Source: Alphaproteobacteria bacterium (GTDB taxonomy: Bacteria > Pseudomonadota > Alphaproteobacteria > JAPYRI01). Taken from it: a DNA stretch of 64,000 nt. The stretch's first letter is position 1; the number at the start of each line of letters is the position of its first letter. This document shows, one piece after another, positions 40,815 through 51,089 of this stretch. Both the position numbers and the translations under genes were made by a program. The notes under the pieces were generated by a model. The model worked only from the letters and a program-made list of their open reading frames with translations. It was not told the origin of the DNA and made no database searches. The DNA lies in the NCBI GenBank assembly GCA_029941135.1, contig JAPYRI010000001.1, positions 6,275-70,274 of the forward strand, read 5' to 3'.

Positions 40815-40934
40815 CCAGGAACAAAGGAGGGTATACGAATTAAATCTCGTGGTGATTTGAGCCGACCGGCTTGCGGCCACGTAAAATAAACCGCTAAAAG
40901 GTCGAGATGGCACCCAGCCCCCCCCGACCGCCCC

Positions 40935-40989
40935 GGTCGATTTTTTTGTGGCCGGGTATAATTTGGCCGACCAAAAGGGAGCCAATGCC
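40935..40989 (+). promoter_or_regulatory. Candidate SAM-II (metA-element) riboswitch in the metZ leader.
   Basis: CGAUUUUUUUG–UGGCC-GGGUAUAAUUU-GGCC–GACCAAAAGGGAGCC directly precedes the metZ ATG. A 5′ U-tract, a short hairpin, then a 3′ A-tract plus SD is the SAM-II pseudoknot/triplex architecture. SAM-II is known upstream of metA/metX/metZ in alphaproteobacteria. No covariance model was run. Confidence 0.4.
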
Positions 40990-42198
40990 ATGTCGCCCTC
41001 AAATGAGAGCAACAACAAGACCGCAATGCGGCCGCGCACGGCCCTGGTCCGCGGCGGTCTTCACCGATCGCCGTTGGGGGAAACCTCGGAAGCGATATTT
41101 CTCACTTCGGGCTTTGTTTACGACGACCCGGAAGTGGCCGCGGCGCGCTTTAGTGGCGATGCGGATGGCTATACTTATTCCAGATTGCGCAACCCAACAG
41201 TCGCCATGTTCGAAGAACGCATGGCTCTGATCGGTGGCACTGAGATCGCCCGCGCGACCGCGAGCGGCATGGCTGCCGTAGCGGCATCTTTCCTGTCGCA
41301 AGTGAAAGTGGGAGATCATGTGGTTGCGGGTGAAGCTTTATTTGGCTCTATCCGGGTGATCCTGGAAGATGTCCTGCCCCGATTCGGCGTTGACCTCACC
41401 ATGGTCAATAATACGGACCTCGAGGCTTGGAAACAGGCGGTCCAGCCGGAAACCACATTGTTTTTTTTGGAATCCCCTTCCAATCCCACATTAGGGATCA
41501 CGGACCTCCAGGCCGTGGCCGATATTGCCCATAATGCCGGGGCAAAAATCATTTTGGATAATGTGTTCGCCACCCCTGTTCTGCAACGTCCGGTCGAATT
41601 TGACATCGATATCACGATTTATTCGGCAACCAAGCACATTGACGGCCAAGGCCGCTGTTTGGGTGGCTGCATATTATCCGATCAAAAGTTTCTGGATGAT
41701 TTTCTTGATCCCTATTTGCGTCACACCGGACCTGCTCTCAGTCCCTTTAACGCCTGGGTGCTGTTGAAAGGAATTGAAACGCTGGAACTTAGAGTTGAGG
41801 CCGCCTGCCAGAATGCGCAGCATGTTGCGGATTTTCTCGCAGAACAGCCAGGGGTCACAAAGGTATTATACCCGGGGCGGCAAGATCATCCCCAGCACAC
41901 GCTTGCCATGCGCCAAATGAGCGCCGGCGGGACACTCGTTTCATTCGAGTTACCCGGGGGTCGCGAGCGTGCGTTTGCGTTTTTAAAGGCGCTCAACTTG
42001 ATCGATATTTCCAACAACCTGGGCGATACTAAGAGTCTGATCACCCATCCGGCCAGCACCACCCATCAACGCCTGTCACCCGAAGATCGCGCCGCCCAGG
42101 GTATTGGCGAAGGTCTGGTTCGCCTGTCAGTCGGATTGGAAGATGCGGATGATCTGACTGACGATATTGGCCAAGCGCTAGCGGTGGCGGCGCTCTAA
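40990..42198 (+). CDS. metZ: O-succinylhomoserine sulfhydrylase (Cys/Met-metabolism PLP-dependent enzyme).
   Basis: 402 aa from the ATG at 40990 (SD GGGAG 8 nt upstream). The ORF-track start at 40948 is a GTG inside the putative riboswitch. The PLP-lysine region is …IYSATKHIDGQGRCLGG…. Confidence 0.8.
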   Translation: MSPSNESNNKTAMRPRTALVRGGLHRSPLGETSEAIFLTSGFVYDDPEVAAARFSGDADGYTYSRLRNPTVAMFEERMALIGGTEIARATASGMAAVAASFLSQVKVGDHVVAGEALFGSIRVILEDVLPRFGVDLTMVNNTDLEAWKQAVQPETTLFFLESPSNPTLGITDLQAVADIAHNAGAKIILDNVFATPVLQRPVEFDIDITIYSATKHIDGQGRCLGGCILSDQKFLDDFLDPYLRHTGPALSPFNAWVLLKGIETLELRVEAACQNAQHVADFLAEQPGVTKVLYPGRQDHPQHTLAMRQMSAGGTLVSFELPGGRERAFAFLKALNLIDISNNLGDTKSLITHPASTTHQRLSPEDRAAQGIGEGLVRLSVGLEDADDLTDDIGQALAVAAL

Positions 42199-42295
42199 AC
42201 ACTGGACAAGCCGAGAAGCAAATTAGATATTCGCATGATTCCAACAATGCTACAGCAGGCTCTTTCTTCTTTGACCTAAATGCACAGACCAACTT

Positions 42296-42688
42296 ATGTA
42301 TGAAGCCGTTACCAGATCAATTTCAGTCCAAGTAGAGCCCCGTTATATGGACGATAAGTCGGCACCCGAAGAAGACTACTTCGTGTGGGCTTATCGCGTT
42401 TATATCGAAAATCAGGGTGGGGAGACAGTACAACTCCGCAGCCGCCATTGGCATATCACAGATGCGCTGGGGCGTGTTCAAGAAGTGATGGGCGAAGGCG
42501 TGGTTGGCGAGCAACCGGTGCTCGCGCCCGGCGAAACCTTTGAGTACACGAGCGGCACGCCGCTATCGACCCCGTCCGGTGTCATGATGGGCAGCTATCA
42601 AATGGAAACTGATAGGGGCGCGTCTTTCGATGTGGTTATTCCGGCATTCTCGCTGGACAGCCCCTATGAAGACCGGGCCCACAATTAA
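42296..42688 (+). CDS. apaG: ApaG (DUF525) protein.
   Basis: 130 aa. The family-defining central stretch is …[43 protein letters not shown]…. Confidence 0.85.
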   Translation: MYEAVTRSISVQVEPRYMDDKSAPEEDYFVWAYRVYIENQGGETVQLRSRHWHITDALGRVQEVMGEGVVGEQPVLAPGETFEYTSGTPLSTPSGVMMGSYQMETDRGASFDVVIPAFSLDSPYEDRAHN

Positions 42689-42818
42689 CCGTCAACTTTG
42701 TCGTCGACGTTAATAACTGGATTTGGCAATAATTCCTCATTGGGGTATTTTGGGCAATTCCACGCATTAATATGGTTGTTGTGCCCGGGCAAGCTCGGGA
42801 AAATTCAGGAGACGGCAT

Positions 42819-43460
42819 GTGACGGCACCATCTGATTCGAATTTGGCCAAAGCAAACTTGAAAACTGTTGGCGGTCGCCCTTCCCGTGAGGAGGCCGAAC
42901 GCGCGGTTGAAACTTTGATCCGCTGGGCCGGGGACAACCCGGAACGGGAAGGACTGCTTGAAACGCCCGCACGCGTGATCCGTTCTTATGAGGAATTTTT
43001 CGACGGATACAACCGCGATCCGGTAACTTATTTGCAACGCACCTTCGAGGAAATCAACGGCTATGACGAAATGGTCGTGTTGAAGGACATTCGTTTCGAA
43101 TCCCACTGTGAACACCATATGCTGCCGATCATCGGCCGCATTCATGTGGGGTATTTACCCAAAAAGCGGGTCGTCGGAATCAGCAAACTTGCCCGCGTTG
43201 TCGAAGCTTATGCCCGGCGCCTACAAGTACAAGAAAAAATGACCGCGCAAATTGCGAAGTGTATTCAGGACGTTCTTGACCCCAAGGGTGTCGCAGTCAT
43301 GGTCGAGGCCACACACCAATGCATGACAACTCGCGGGGTTCACAAGGCCGGGGTCACCATGGTCACGAGCCAAATGCTGGGCGCACTACGAGAAGACCCT
43401 AAGACGCGCCGGGAGTTTTTGGCGGCCGTGGGCAGTCCGTCGAGGACTTTCGACGGCTGA
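42819..43460 (+). CDS. folE: GTP cyclohydrolase I.
   Basis: 213 aa. Conserved blocks …[22 protein letters not shown]… and …[13 protein letters not shown]…. Confidence 0.9.
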   Translation: MTAPSDSNLAKANLKTVGGRPSREEAERAVETLIRWAGDNPEREGLLETPARVIRSYEEFFDGYNRDPVTYLQRTFEEINGYDEMVVLKDIRFESHCEHHMLPIIGRIHVGYLPKKRVVGISKLARVVEAYARRLQVQEKMTAQIAKCIQDVLDPKGVAVMVEATHQCMTTRGVHKAGVTMVTSQMLGALREDPKTRREFLAAVGSPSRTFDG

Positions 43461-43572
43461 GCGAAAAGGTGCCGATCCATCGACGGAGTGGACACAGACC
43501 TCCGTTCACCGGATACTTACTCTGCTCGGCTTGCCGGGTCTGATTTAGTCATGTTCCTGAACGGGCATCGTT

Positions 43573-45021
43573 TTGATCGATTTCCGGCCGATTTTTTTAG
43601 TACTGGGCTTGTTGCTGTCTACCCTCGGGGTAGGCATGTTGCTACCGGCTCTGGTTGATGCCGCGTCCGGCAACCCGGATTGGAGGGTCTTTCTCGCGTC
43701 GGCCGCCGTCAGCCTGTTCATCGGCATTGCCCTTATTCTGACCAACCGCTTTGGCAGCTCTGAAATAAATGTGCGTCAGGCTTTTTTGTTGACCACGCTG
43801 AGTTGGGTGGTCACCGCAGCCTTTGGCGCCCTGCCTTTTATGTTTTCTGACCTGGGTCTCACCTATACCGATGCTTTTTTTGAGAGCATGTCTGGTGTCA
43901 CAACGACCGGCTCAACTGTTATTGTCGGTTTGGACGACGCGCCGCCCGGCATTCTTTTGTGGCGATCGCTGCTGCAGTGGATGGGTGGCATCGGCATCAT
44001 TGTCATGGCGGTCGCAGTTTTGCCCATGCTGCAAGTGGGCGGCATGCAATTGTTCCGCATGGAAAGCGCCGATTCGTCTGAAAAGATCCTGCCCCGGGCC
44101 GCGCAATTCGCCGGCGCGATTGGGTTTTTGTATCTCGGCTTAACGATCATATGTGCGGCGGCACTTTGGATCGCCGGCATGAGCCCCTTTGAGGGCCTCG
44201 CCCACGCTATGACTACCATCGCCACCGGCGGATTTTCCACATCAGACCAATCAATTGGGCATTTTGACAATGCCGCCATCGATTACATACTCGTCCTCTT
44301 CATGATCGTCGGCAGCCTTCCCTTTGTCCTGTATCTGCATGTCCTCCGCGGCCATCACCGGCCCTTGTGGCATGACAGCCAAGTCCACTGGTTCCTGATT
44401 ATTGCCCTGGGGTCGGTCATCGGCATCGCGCTCTGGCGTTGGAATACCGGCGACGAAGCGTTCTCCGACGCGTTTCGCTACACATCATTTAACGTAGTGT
44501 CGATCATGACCGGGACGGGCTATTCCACCGCCGACTATAATCAATGGGGCGGCATTGCCATTCCCGCCTTCTTTTTCTTGATGTTTGTCGGTGGATGCGC
44601 GGGTTCGACGTCATGCGGCGTTAAAATTTTCCGCCTGCAAGTGCTATATGCGGCGATCAATGTCCAAATGCATCACCTATTGCAGCCCCATGGGGTATTC
44701 ATTCCACGCTACAATAAAAAGCCAATACCGGATCCGGTCATATCTTCAGTAATGAGCTTCTTCTTTTTATTCGCCGTATGTTATGCGGGCTTGGCCCTCG
44801 GGCTGGGCGCTCTCGGCCTTGATTTTATCACCGCCACGTCAGGTGCGGCGACGGTGATTGCCAATGTTGGCCCGGCCCTCGGCGATGTGATCGGGCCTGC
44901 GGGTACCTTCGCAGATTTACCATCCAGCGCAAAATGGCTGCTCTCGTTCGGCATGCTGCTTGGCCGACTGGAGCTTTTTACCGTGCTGGTTCTATTCAGC
45001 CCCAGTTTCTGGCGGGGGTGA
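43573..45021 (+). CDS. trkH: TrkH-family potassium uptake protein.
   Basis: 482 aa, polytopic, with repeated M-P-M selectivity-loop-like segments (…TTGSTV…, …ATGGFS…, …TGTGYS…, …GLDFITATSG…). Confidence 0.85.
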   Translation: MIDFRPIFLVLGLLLSTLGVGMLLPALVDAASGNPDWRVFLASAAVSLFIGIALILTNRFGSSEINVRQAFLLTTLSWVVTAAFGALPFMFSDLGLTYTDAFFESMSGVTTTGSTVIVGLDDAPPGILLWRSLLQWMGGIGIIVMAVAVLPMLQVGGMQLFRMESADSSEKILPRAAQFAGAIGFLYLGLTIICAAALWIAGMSPFEGLAHAMTTIATGGFSTSDQSIGHFDNAAIDYILVLFMIVGSLPFVLYLHVLRGHHRPLWHDSQVHWFLIIALGSVIGIALWRWNTGDEAFSDAFRYTSFNVVSIMTGTGYSTADYNQWGGIAIPAFFFLMFVGGCAGSTSCGVKIFRLQVLYAAINVQMHHLLQPHGVFIPRYNKKPIPDPVISSVMSFFFLFAVCYAGLALGLGALGLDFITATSGAATVIANVGPALGDVIGPAGTFADLPSSAKWLLSFGMLLGRLELFTVLVLFSPSFWRG

Positions 45022-45978
45022 ATTTTTTCTATCCGCTGGGATTTGGTCCAGCGTGAAATCGTAGCGCGTGTTACAAAAATCGCAGGTAGTTTCGACATTG
45101 CCCGCCACCACCGATTGTTCCAGTTCCTCGCGGGGCAGGCGCTTCAAGACATCCCTCACACGATTACGACTGCATCGGCAACCGGCTGCCATGGCGCGCG
45201 CATGGAATACGCGCACACCAGCTTCGTGATATAGCCTGTAGATCAATTGACCTGGCGCTAGCGAGGCTTTGGTCAACTCATCCGCCCGCACAGTGTCGAA
45301 TAAAGTCACCGCCTCAGTCCAATTTTCTTGTTCGTGTTCATCGGCAAATATCAGCAGTCCTGGAGTGGTCGTCCGATCAGGCAAATACTGGATAAGTGCG
45401 GCGCCGGCACGCCATCCTCCTCCGGTTTCTTCAGTGCCGGCGCGTTCAGCGGCCACTGTTACCACTGTGGGAATTTGCTCCGACGATTTAAAATAGGCAT
45501 TGATGCTGTCCGCGAGATTTTCGCCCTCCAGGGCAACGATCCTCTGATAGCGTTCCGTATCGGGCCCTTGATCGACCGTCATGACCAAGTGGCCTTCCCC
45601 CAGCAGCGCACGCAATTGGTATTCGCCGGCTGCTTCCCGGGCCCAGACTTTCTCCACATCAAAGCGTGCGTAGCCGCGCAATGTCCCGGGAGTAGCAAAA
45701 TCCACCACCACCAACGATACCACTCCGTCTCCCGACATTTGCAGTGAGAAAACGCCTTCGAATTTAAGCGCGCACCCGAGCAGCGCGGTAAGTGCCAAAG
45801 CTTCTCCCAACAACCGGCTCACGGATTCTGGATAGTCGTGCCGATGCAATATTTCATCGACCGCGGCACCCAAACGCGCCACCCGGCCGCGCACGTCCAT
45901 CCCTTCAATTTGGAAAGGGAGAACAACATCGTCCGCGTCAACCGGATCCAGCGAGGCATCCGGCCCCTGATTAGTCAT
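44992..45978 (-). CDS. hslO: Redox-regulated chaperone Hsp33.
   Basis: 328 aa. C-terminal zinc centre CxC…CxxC (…AAGCRCSRNRV…TTCDFCNTRYDF). Confidence 0.85.
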   Translation of the reverse strand: MTNQGPDASLDPVDADDVVLPFQIEGMDVRGRVARLGAAVDEILHRHDYPESVSRLLGEALALTALLGCALKFEGVFSLQMSGDGVVSLVVVDFATPGTLRGYARFDVEKVWAREAAGEYQLRALLGEGHLVMTVDQGPDTERYQRIVALEGENLADSINAYFKSSEQIPTVVTVAAERAGTEETGGGWRAGAALIQYLPDRTTTPGLLIFADEHEQENWTEAVTLFDTVRADELTKASLAPGQLIYRLYHEAGVRVFHARAMAAGCRCSRNRVRDVLKRLPREELEQSVVAGNVETTCDFCNTRYDFTLDQIPADRKNSPPPETGAE

Positions 45979-45999
45979 GTGTTGATCTTGCCCAGTCGC

Positions 46000-46941
46000 T
46001 CAGGCCGGGAGCCCAGCCATAGCCCAGACGAGAATCGCCTTTTGAGCGTGGAGCCGGTTTTCGGCCTCATCCCAAACGACCGAGCAGGAACTGTCAATCA
46101 CTTCGGCAGTGACTTCCTCACCCCGGTGCGCTGGCAAGCAATGCATAAAAATGGCGTTGGAAGCCGCATGTGACATCAGTTTCTTATCCACTTGATAAGG
46201 CGCCAGCATCTCACATCGGGCATCGATGTCGGCGTCTCCCATGGAGACCCAAGTATCGGTTACCACACAATCGGCTCCGGCGACTGCCTCAATCGGGTTA
46301 GCGCTTACTGACATGTCTATCGTCTCGTAGCGCGCCCATTCCAGCGCCGCCGTCAAGCCACCCCGCAAGTCCTCGGGACAGGCAAGGCGCAATGAGAAAC
46401 CGAATTTTGCTGCCGCGTGGATCCAAGAAGCAGCCACGTTATTGCCATCTCCCACCCAGGCTATTGATTTGCCCCGAATGGGCCCAACGTGTTCTTCAAA
46501 AGTCAGCACGTCGGCCATCAATTGACAGGGATGAGAATCGTCGGTCAATCCATTGATCACCGGAACTGTTGCGTGACTGGCCAAATCGAGCATGTTTTGA
46601 TGCCGATTTGACCGGATCATTATCGCGTCCACGTACCGCGACAACACGCGTGCCGTGTCGACAATGGTTTCGCCCCGGCCCAGCTGCAGGTCGTCTGCGT
46701 TGAGCACGACCACTTGCCCGCCCAATTGGCGCATGCCCACATTAAAGGACATCCGCGTCCGCGTTGACGGCTTCTCAAACAGCATCGCCAGCATCATGCC
46801 GTCCAACGGCGCACCTTCGTCCAGACTGACTTTTCCACGTGATGGCCGCGCCGCTTTCAGTGCTTTGGCGTGCTCAAGGATAGCGCGCAGCACGCCTGCA
46901 TCCAATTCATGGAGGTCGAGGAAATGCCGGGGGGTGTCCAT
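46000..46941 (-). CDS. argF: Ornithine carbamoyltransferase.
   Basis: STRTR motif ([14 protein letters not shown]), HPCQ ([14 protein letters not shown]) and HCLP ([13 protein letters not shown]). The likely start is the ATG at 46941 ([10 protein letters not shown]…). The ORF-track start at 47016 adds 25 aa. Confidence 0.9.
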   Translation of the reverse strand: MDTPRHFLDLHELDAGVLRAILEHAKALKAARPSRGKVSLDEGAPLDGMMLAMLFEKPSTRTRMSFNVGMRQLGGQVVVLNADDLQLGRGETIVDTARVLSRYVDAIMIRSNRHQNMLDLASHATVPVINGLTDDSHPCQLMADVLTFEEHVGPIRGKSIAWVGDGNNVAASWIHAAAKFGFSLRLACPEDLRGGLTAALEWARYETIDMSVSANPIEAVAGADCVVTDTWVSMGDADIDARCEMLAPYQVDKKLMSHAASNAIFMHCLPAHRGEEVTAEVIDSSCSVVWDEAENRLHAQKAILVWAMAGLPA

Positions 46942-46945
46942 AACG

Positions 46946-48181
46946 CTATCCGGTTTTAGCTTCGACGCCAAGGTCGGCACACGCTTGATCCAAAATCTCG
47001 ATCGCGTCACGCACATGGTCTTTGGTGATAATCAGTGGAGGCAGCCAGCGCACCACGTTTTCGGCGCCGCCGACCGTCAGCATGCCACGTGCGCGCAGCG
47101 CATTAATGAGATCTGTATTGGGCACTTTGCATTTTAATCCGATCATCATGCCAATACTGCGCACTTCTTCGATTACGCCGCTGTAGCGCTCGAGAATCAT
47201 TCCCAATTGCTGATTGAGAAAATTTGCGGTATCGCGAACTTGCTCAAGGAAACCATCCTCAAGAATTATGTCCAAGGCCGCATTGCCGACCGCCATGGCC
47301 AGCGGATTGCCGCCATAAGTAGAGCCATGAGTACCCGGGACCATACCGACGGCCGCGTTTTCAGTCGCCAAACATGCGCCCAATGGAAAACCTCCACCGA
47401 TCGCCTTGGCGATCGGCATAATGTCCGGCGTGATATCGGTCCATTCATAGGCGAACAATTTTCCGGTGCGGCCCATGCCACATTGAATTTCGTCAAAAAT
47501 GAGTAACAATTCGTGTTCATCCGCCAGCGCCCGAAGGCCTTCCAAATAGGCCCGCTCGACAACGCGGATGCCGCCCTCGCCTTGAATGGGTTCGATCAGC
47601 AAACCCGCTGTTTCGGGCGTAATCGCCGCCCGCACTGCGTTCAGGTCACCCAAAGGCACCTGGTCGTAACCTTCCATAGGAGGTCCAAATCCGCCCAACA
47701 GCTTTTCTTTACCGCCAGCGGCGATGGTCGCCAGTGTGCGGCCGTGAAAAGCGCCGTCAAAGGTGATGATTCGATAGCGTTCCGGGTGGCCAGTGTCATG
47801 ATGGTATTTACGGCACATCTTCAGCGCACACTCGACCGCTTCGGCGCCTGAGTTGGTGAAAAACACGGTGTCCGCGAAGGTCGCGTCTATAAGACGCGTG
47901 GCCAAGGTTTCCTGACCAGGTATCCGAAAGACATTCGATGTGTGCCACAGTTTGCCCGCCTGAGTGACCAGAGCATCAAGCAATTGGGGATGACCGTGGC
48001 CAAACGACGAGACTCCGATACCGCTTAGGAAATCCAAATATCGGGTGCCATCGGCGGCGATAAGATACGGACCTTCACCGCGCTCAAACTCGAGATCTAC
48101 TCGGGCGTAGGTCGGCAAAACTGGTGTTATCACTGTCTCCTCCCGTGGCCGTGGCCTGCATTGTATTACTGGACAATGCAT
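46946..48181 (-). CDS. argD: Acetylornithine aminotransferase (class-III PLP aminotransferase).
   Basis: 411 aa (…[25 protein letters not shown]…[22 protein letters not shown]…). It is immediately upstream of argF. The true start is possibly a GTG about 17 codons into the ORF. Confidence 0.85.
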   Translation of the reverse strand: MHCPVIQCRPRPREETVITPVLPTYARVDLEFERGEGPYLIAADGTRYLDFLSGIGVSSFGHGHPQLLDALVTQAGKLWHTSNVFRIPGQETLATRLIDATFADTVFFTNSGAEAVECALKMCRKYHHDTGHPERYRIITFDGAFHGRTLATIAAGGKEKLLGGFGPPMEGYDQVPLGDLNAVRAAITPETAGLLIEPIQGEGGIRVVERAYLEGLRALADEHELLLIFDEIQCGMGRTGKLFAYEWTDITPDIMPIAKAIGGGFPLGACLATENAAVGMVPGTHGSTYGGNPLAMAVGNAALDIILEDGFLEQVRDTANFLNQQLGMILERYSGVIEEVRSIGMMIGLKCKVPNTDLINALRARGMLTVGGAENVVRWLPPLIITKDHVRDAIEILDQACADLGVEAKTG

Positions 48182-48286
48182 GATCGAGTTCGGATTTCCC
48201 TTCTCCGACGCTGGCCTAAAACATGGAACTGATGAAAGAAGCCGGGGAGTATCGAGACCTCGGGTAAGCCTGTCAACGGGAAACGC

Positions 48287-49105
48287 CTAAGCCTTTAATT
48301 TGTACCCACTGCGCAATATCCGATGGCAAATCATCCACAGGCCAATGTTAAGGAGGAAGGATACCGCCACACCAACAGCAAGGGCACCTTCTGCGTGATC
48401 GATGAAGCCGTAGCGCAAGCCATCAATCAGGTAGAAAAAGGGGTTCAATTGGCTAATCGTATGCCACGGGTCGGGCAGCAGGTCGATCGAGTAAAACGTG
48501 CCCGATAAAAACGACAGGGGCATAATCACAAAATTGGTAACCGTCGCCATGTGATCAAACTTTTCCGCGCAAATGCCGGTCAGTAATCCCATCAATGAAA
48601 GTGTAAGCGCCGCCGACAAAGCAAAGTAGAGGACGGCCCAAAAGTGGGCAATCGACATGGGAGCAAACGGCAGCAAAGCCAGCCATATGGTTACAGCAAC
48701 CAAGGCCCCGCGGGTAACGCCGCCCATAGCGAGCGCGAAAGTCAACTCGCCCGCGCTCAACGGCGGCATCAAAATATCGACAATATTTCCTTGAATTTTC
48801 GACACCAGCACTGAGGAAGCTGTATTGGCGAAACTGTTCTGCAGGATCGCCATCATAACTAGACCTGGCGCCAAAAACTCGAGAAACGGTAGGCCATTTA
48901 CAGTGCGATCTTGACCGCCCAGCACAAGCGCAAAAATGGCAAGAAATATGAGCGTCGTTACCGCTGGCGCTACAATTGTTTGCAGGAACACTTTGAAAAA
49001 TCTTTGTACTTCTTTCAAATACAAAGTACGTACGCCGAGCCAGTTGACGGTACCAAACTGGCGGGATTGGAGATGACCATATGGGGCGGAGGTGTTTGAT
49101 TCCAT
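48287..49105 (-). CDS. ABC-2 type transporter permease (YadH/NodJ-like). No adjacent ATPase.
   Basis: 272 aa with six predicted TM segments. ABC-2 family composition. Confidence 0.6.
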   Translation of the reverse strand: MESNTSAPYGHLQSRQFGTVNWLGVRTLYLKEVQRFFKVFLQTIVAPAVTTLIFLAIFALVLGGQDRTVNGLPFLEFLAPGLVMMAILQNSFANTASSVLVSKIQGNIVDILMPPLSAGELTFALAMGGVTRGALVAVTIWLALLPFAPMSIAHFWAVLYFALSAALTLSLMGLLTGICAEKFDHMATVTNFVIMPLSFLSGTFYSIDLLPDPWHTISQLNPFFYLIDGLRYGFIDHAEGALAVGVAVSFLLNIGLWMICHRILRSGYKLKA

Positions 49106-49267
49106 GATGATCAGCTTTACCTAGAAATTCCAAAGGTGTATTAACCGGGCTGTCCGGGATCGAGACAGGAAAGAGTTTGTACGCGAGCGTGCCAATTGTT
49201 TCAAGATTCCCCCGGTGCGAGCCTTGGCAAAAAGGCTTTTACTTAATCCTGAGCCGAGAGGTTAATT

Positions 49268-49690
49268 ATGGCGTGGACCGATGAACGCATCGCCGATCTT
49301 AAAAAGATGTGGGAGAAAGGGCTCTCTGCTAGTCAGATTGCCGAACAATTGGGTGATGTAACCCGTAACGCTGTCATCGGTAAGGCGCACCGGCTTGGTC
49401 TCTCAGGCCGACCATCGCCGGTTAAAAGCACGGAAAAGAAAAAGGCGAAGCCCAAACCCTCCCCAAAGAAAGTTAAAAAGGAAGAAGAAAATAAGCTGAT
49501 TACCTTGCTGATGTTAACCGACCGCATGTGCAAATGGCCGATTGGTCATCCGGGCGAGGAAAACTTCCAATTTTGCGGGGTAAAATCAGTTCCCGGGCAA
49601 CCTTATTGCGCTGAACATTCGTCCCAAGCGTACCAGGAACGGTCGAGCAAGAAAGACCGGCGCGACCGGGCCAATGCAATGAGAAAATAG
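49268..49690 (+). CDS. gcrA: Cell-cycle regulator GcrA.
   Basis: N-terminus MAWTDERIADLKKMWEKGLSASQIAEQLGDVTRNAVIGKAHRLGLSGRP and C-terminus …CKWPIGHPGEENFQFCG…PYCAEHS…. Both are diagnostic for alphaproteobacterial GcrA. Confidence 0.85.
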   Translation: MAWTDERIADLKKMWEKGLSASQIAEQLGDVTRNAVIGKAHRLGLSGRPSPVKSTEKKKAKPKPSPKKVKKEEENKLITLLMLTDRMCKWPIGHPGEENFQFCGVKSVPGQPYCAEHSSQAYQERSSKKDRRDRANAMRK

Positions 49691-49864
49691 CCGAAAGATC
49701 TTTTTTTGGGCGGGTTTTGCGAGCGCCTAATTCCCGCCGCAATTCTTTCGAACTGAAACTTTTATTAATCGTTTTGGATCACAATGGTTACCAGGCGGAC
49801 TTTGGCTTGGCGATCTACCGCGCTTTTTTTCCACGTTTCCGCAGCCCCAGGGAGATCTTCCGGA

Positions 49865-51089
49865 ATGACTTCATTCCAAAATGATCGCAATAGGACAGGC
49901 GTGGGCAACCCAATCTGGTTTTCGCCCGACCCCTATGTCTTAGGCGAAGCGTTTGAAGGCATGGAACATGCGCTGCTGATCTTTGACGCGCGAAAAATCT
50001 TGATTTCCGCCAATGCGCGTGCCCGCAAAATACTTAATTTGCAAGGGGGATACCGTACATCAAGAAAATGTGTGGCCGGACAAGGGTGCTGCCGGTATTC
50101 ACCATTCCCTCGATCGGCTGGCAATGGCGTCAGGGCCCGCAGCCGGGGACCAATTTGTCTGGCCCTCGGCCCGCGGTATCCTGGATGGGTTTCACAATGT
50201 GCTCCCTGGAGGCAGCTGTGTCATTAGTTTGATTGAACGGCAAACGGACATAAGAGCCCCGGAAAAGCCGCAACAATTTCTTCAACCGAGCAATTTCTCA
50301 CCTGAATTGATTTCACTGGCCCAGGACCTGGTGATCGCACGTGACGAGGCCCGAGCCACCAGCAGCGAGGCGGCGGAAAGCCAAACCCGGGTGGAAGCCA
50401 TTGTCGAAAGCGTTGTCGACGCAATTATTACCACCGATAGTAGAGGTTCAATACATACTTTCAATTGTGCAGCTGAACGGATATTTGGCTACAGCCCCGA
50501 CGAGATTATTGGCAAGACCTTGGGCAGCCTGTTCCTGCCCCACGTATTGGATGCAGATGTCGACCTGTTCTCCGGTGATGTAGCGGCTAAGATTCAGTCG
50601 GTATTGGGTCGATCGCTGGATGAGGTTGGGTTAACTAAAGCGGGGATTATTTTTCCCGTCCGCTTTACCGCAACCGAAATGCAGTTGGCGAGCCAGCAAA
50701 TGCTCAATTGGGTGATTCGTGACGTTACCGATGACCAGCGAACCCGTGAAGCATTGCAGCACAAAAGTGACTTGATTCAACTCCTTCATTCGGTCACCGA
50801 AGCGGCATCGGAAGCGGAGACCATTGCCGAAAACATCGAGATCGGTCTCAAATCGGTTTGTTCTCATATTGGCTGCCATGGAGCGCAAGGGTACCTTTTT
50901 TCAAAACCCCCTGGCTGCGAACGATTTCGCCCGTTGGTTAGCGGACCGCTAGAACGTGCATCTGCCAGCACGGCACCGCAGCCGGAAGAAGTTTTTGATT
51001 TGATTATGCCGCCGGCTAAGCAGCTTCGGGTGCCGCCGCCACCACTTTTTCGTCCACATGGCCTTCAAACTGGACAAAATTATCTTTAA
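49865..51089 (+). pseudogene. PAS-PAS signalling protein, apparently frameshifted at a G5 run (50045-50049). It retains only the last roughly 35 aa of an EAL domain.
   Basis: Frame A (49784..50227) encodes the start of a PAS fold (…LLIFDARKILISANARARKILNLQGG). Frame B (50013..51089) continues with a second PAS (…ITTDSRGSIHTFNCAAERIFGYSPDEIIGKTLGSLF…) and then …IAENIEIGLKSVCSHIGCHGAQGYLFSKPP, which is the conserved terminal motif of EAL domains. The 3′ end overlaps pckA antisense. Confidence 0.5.
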
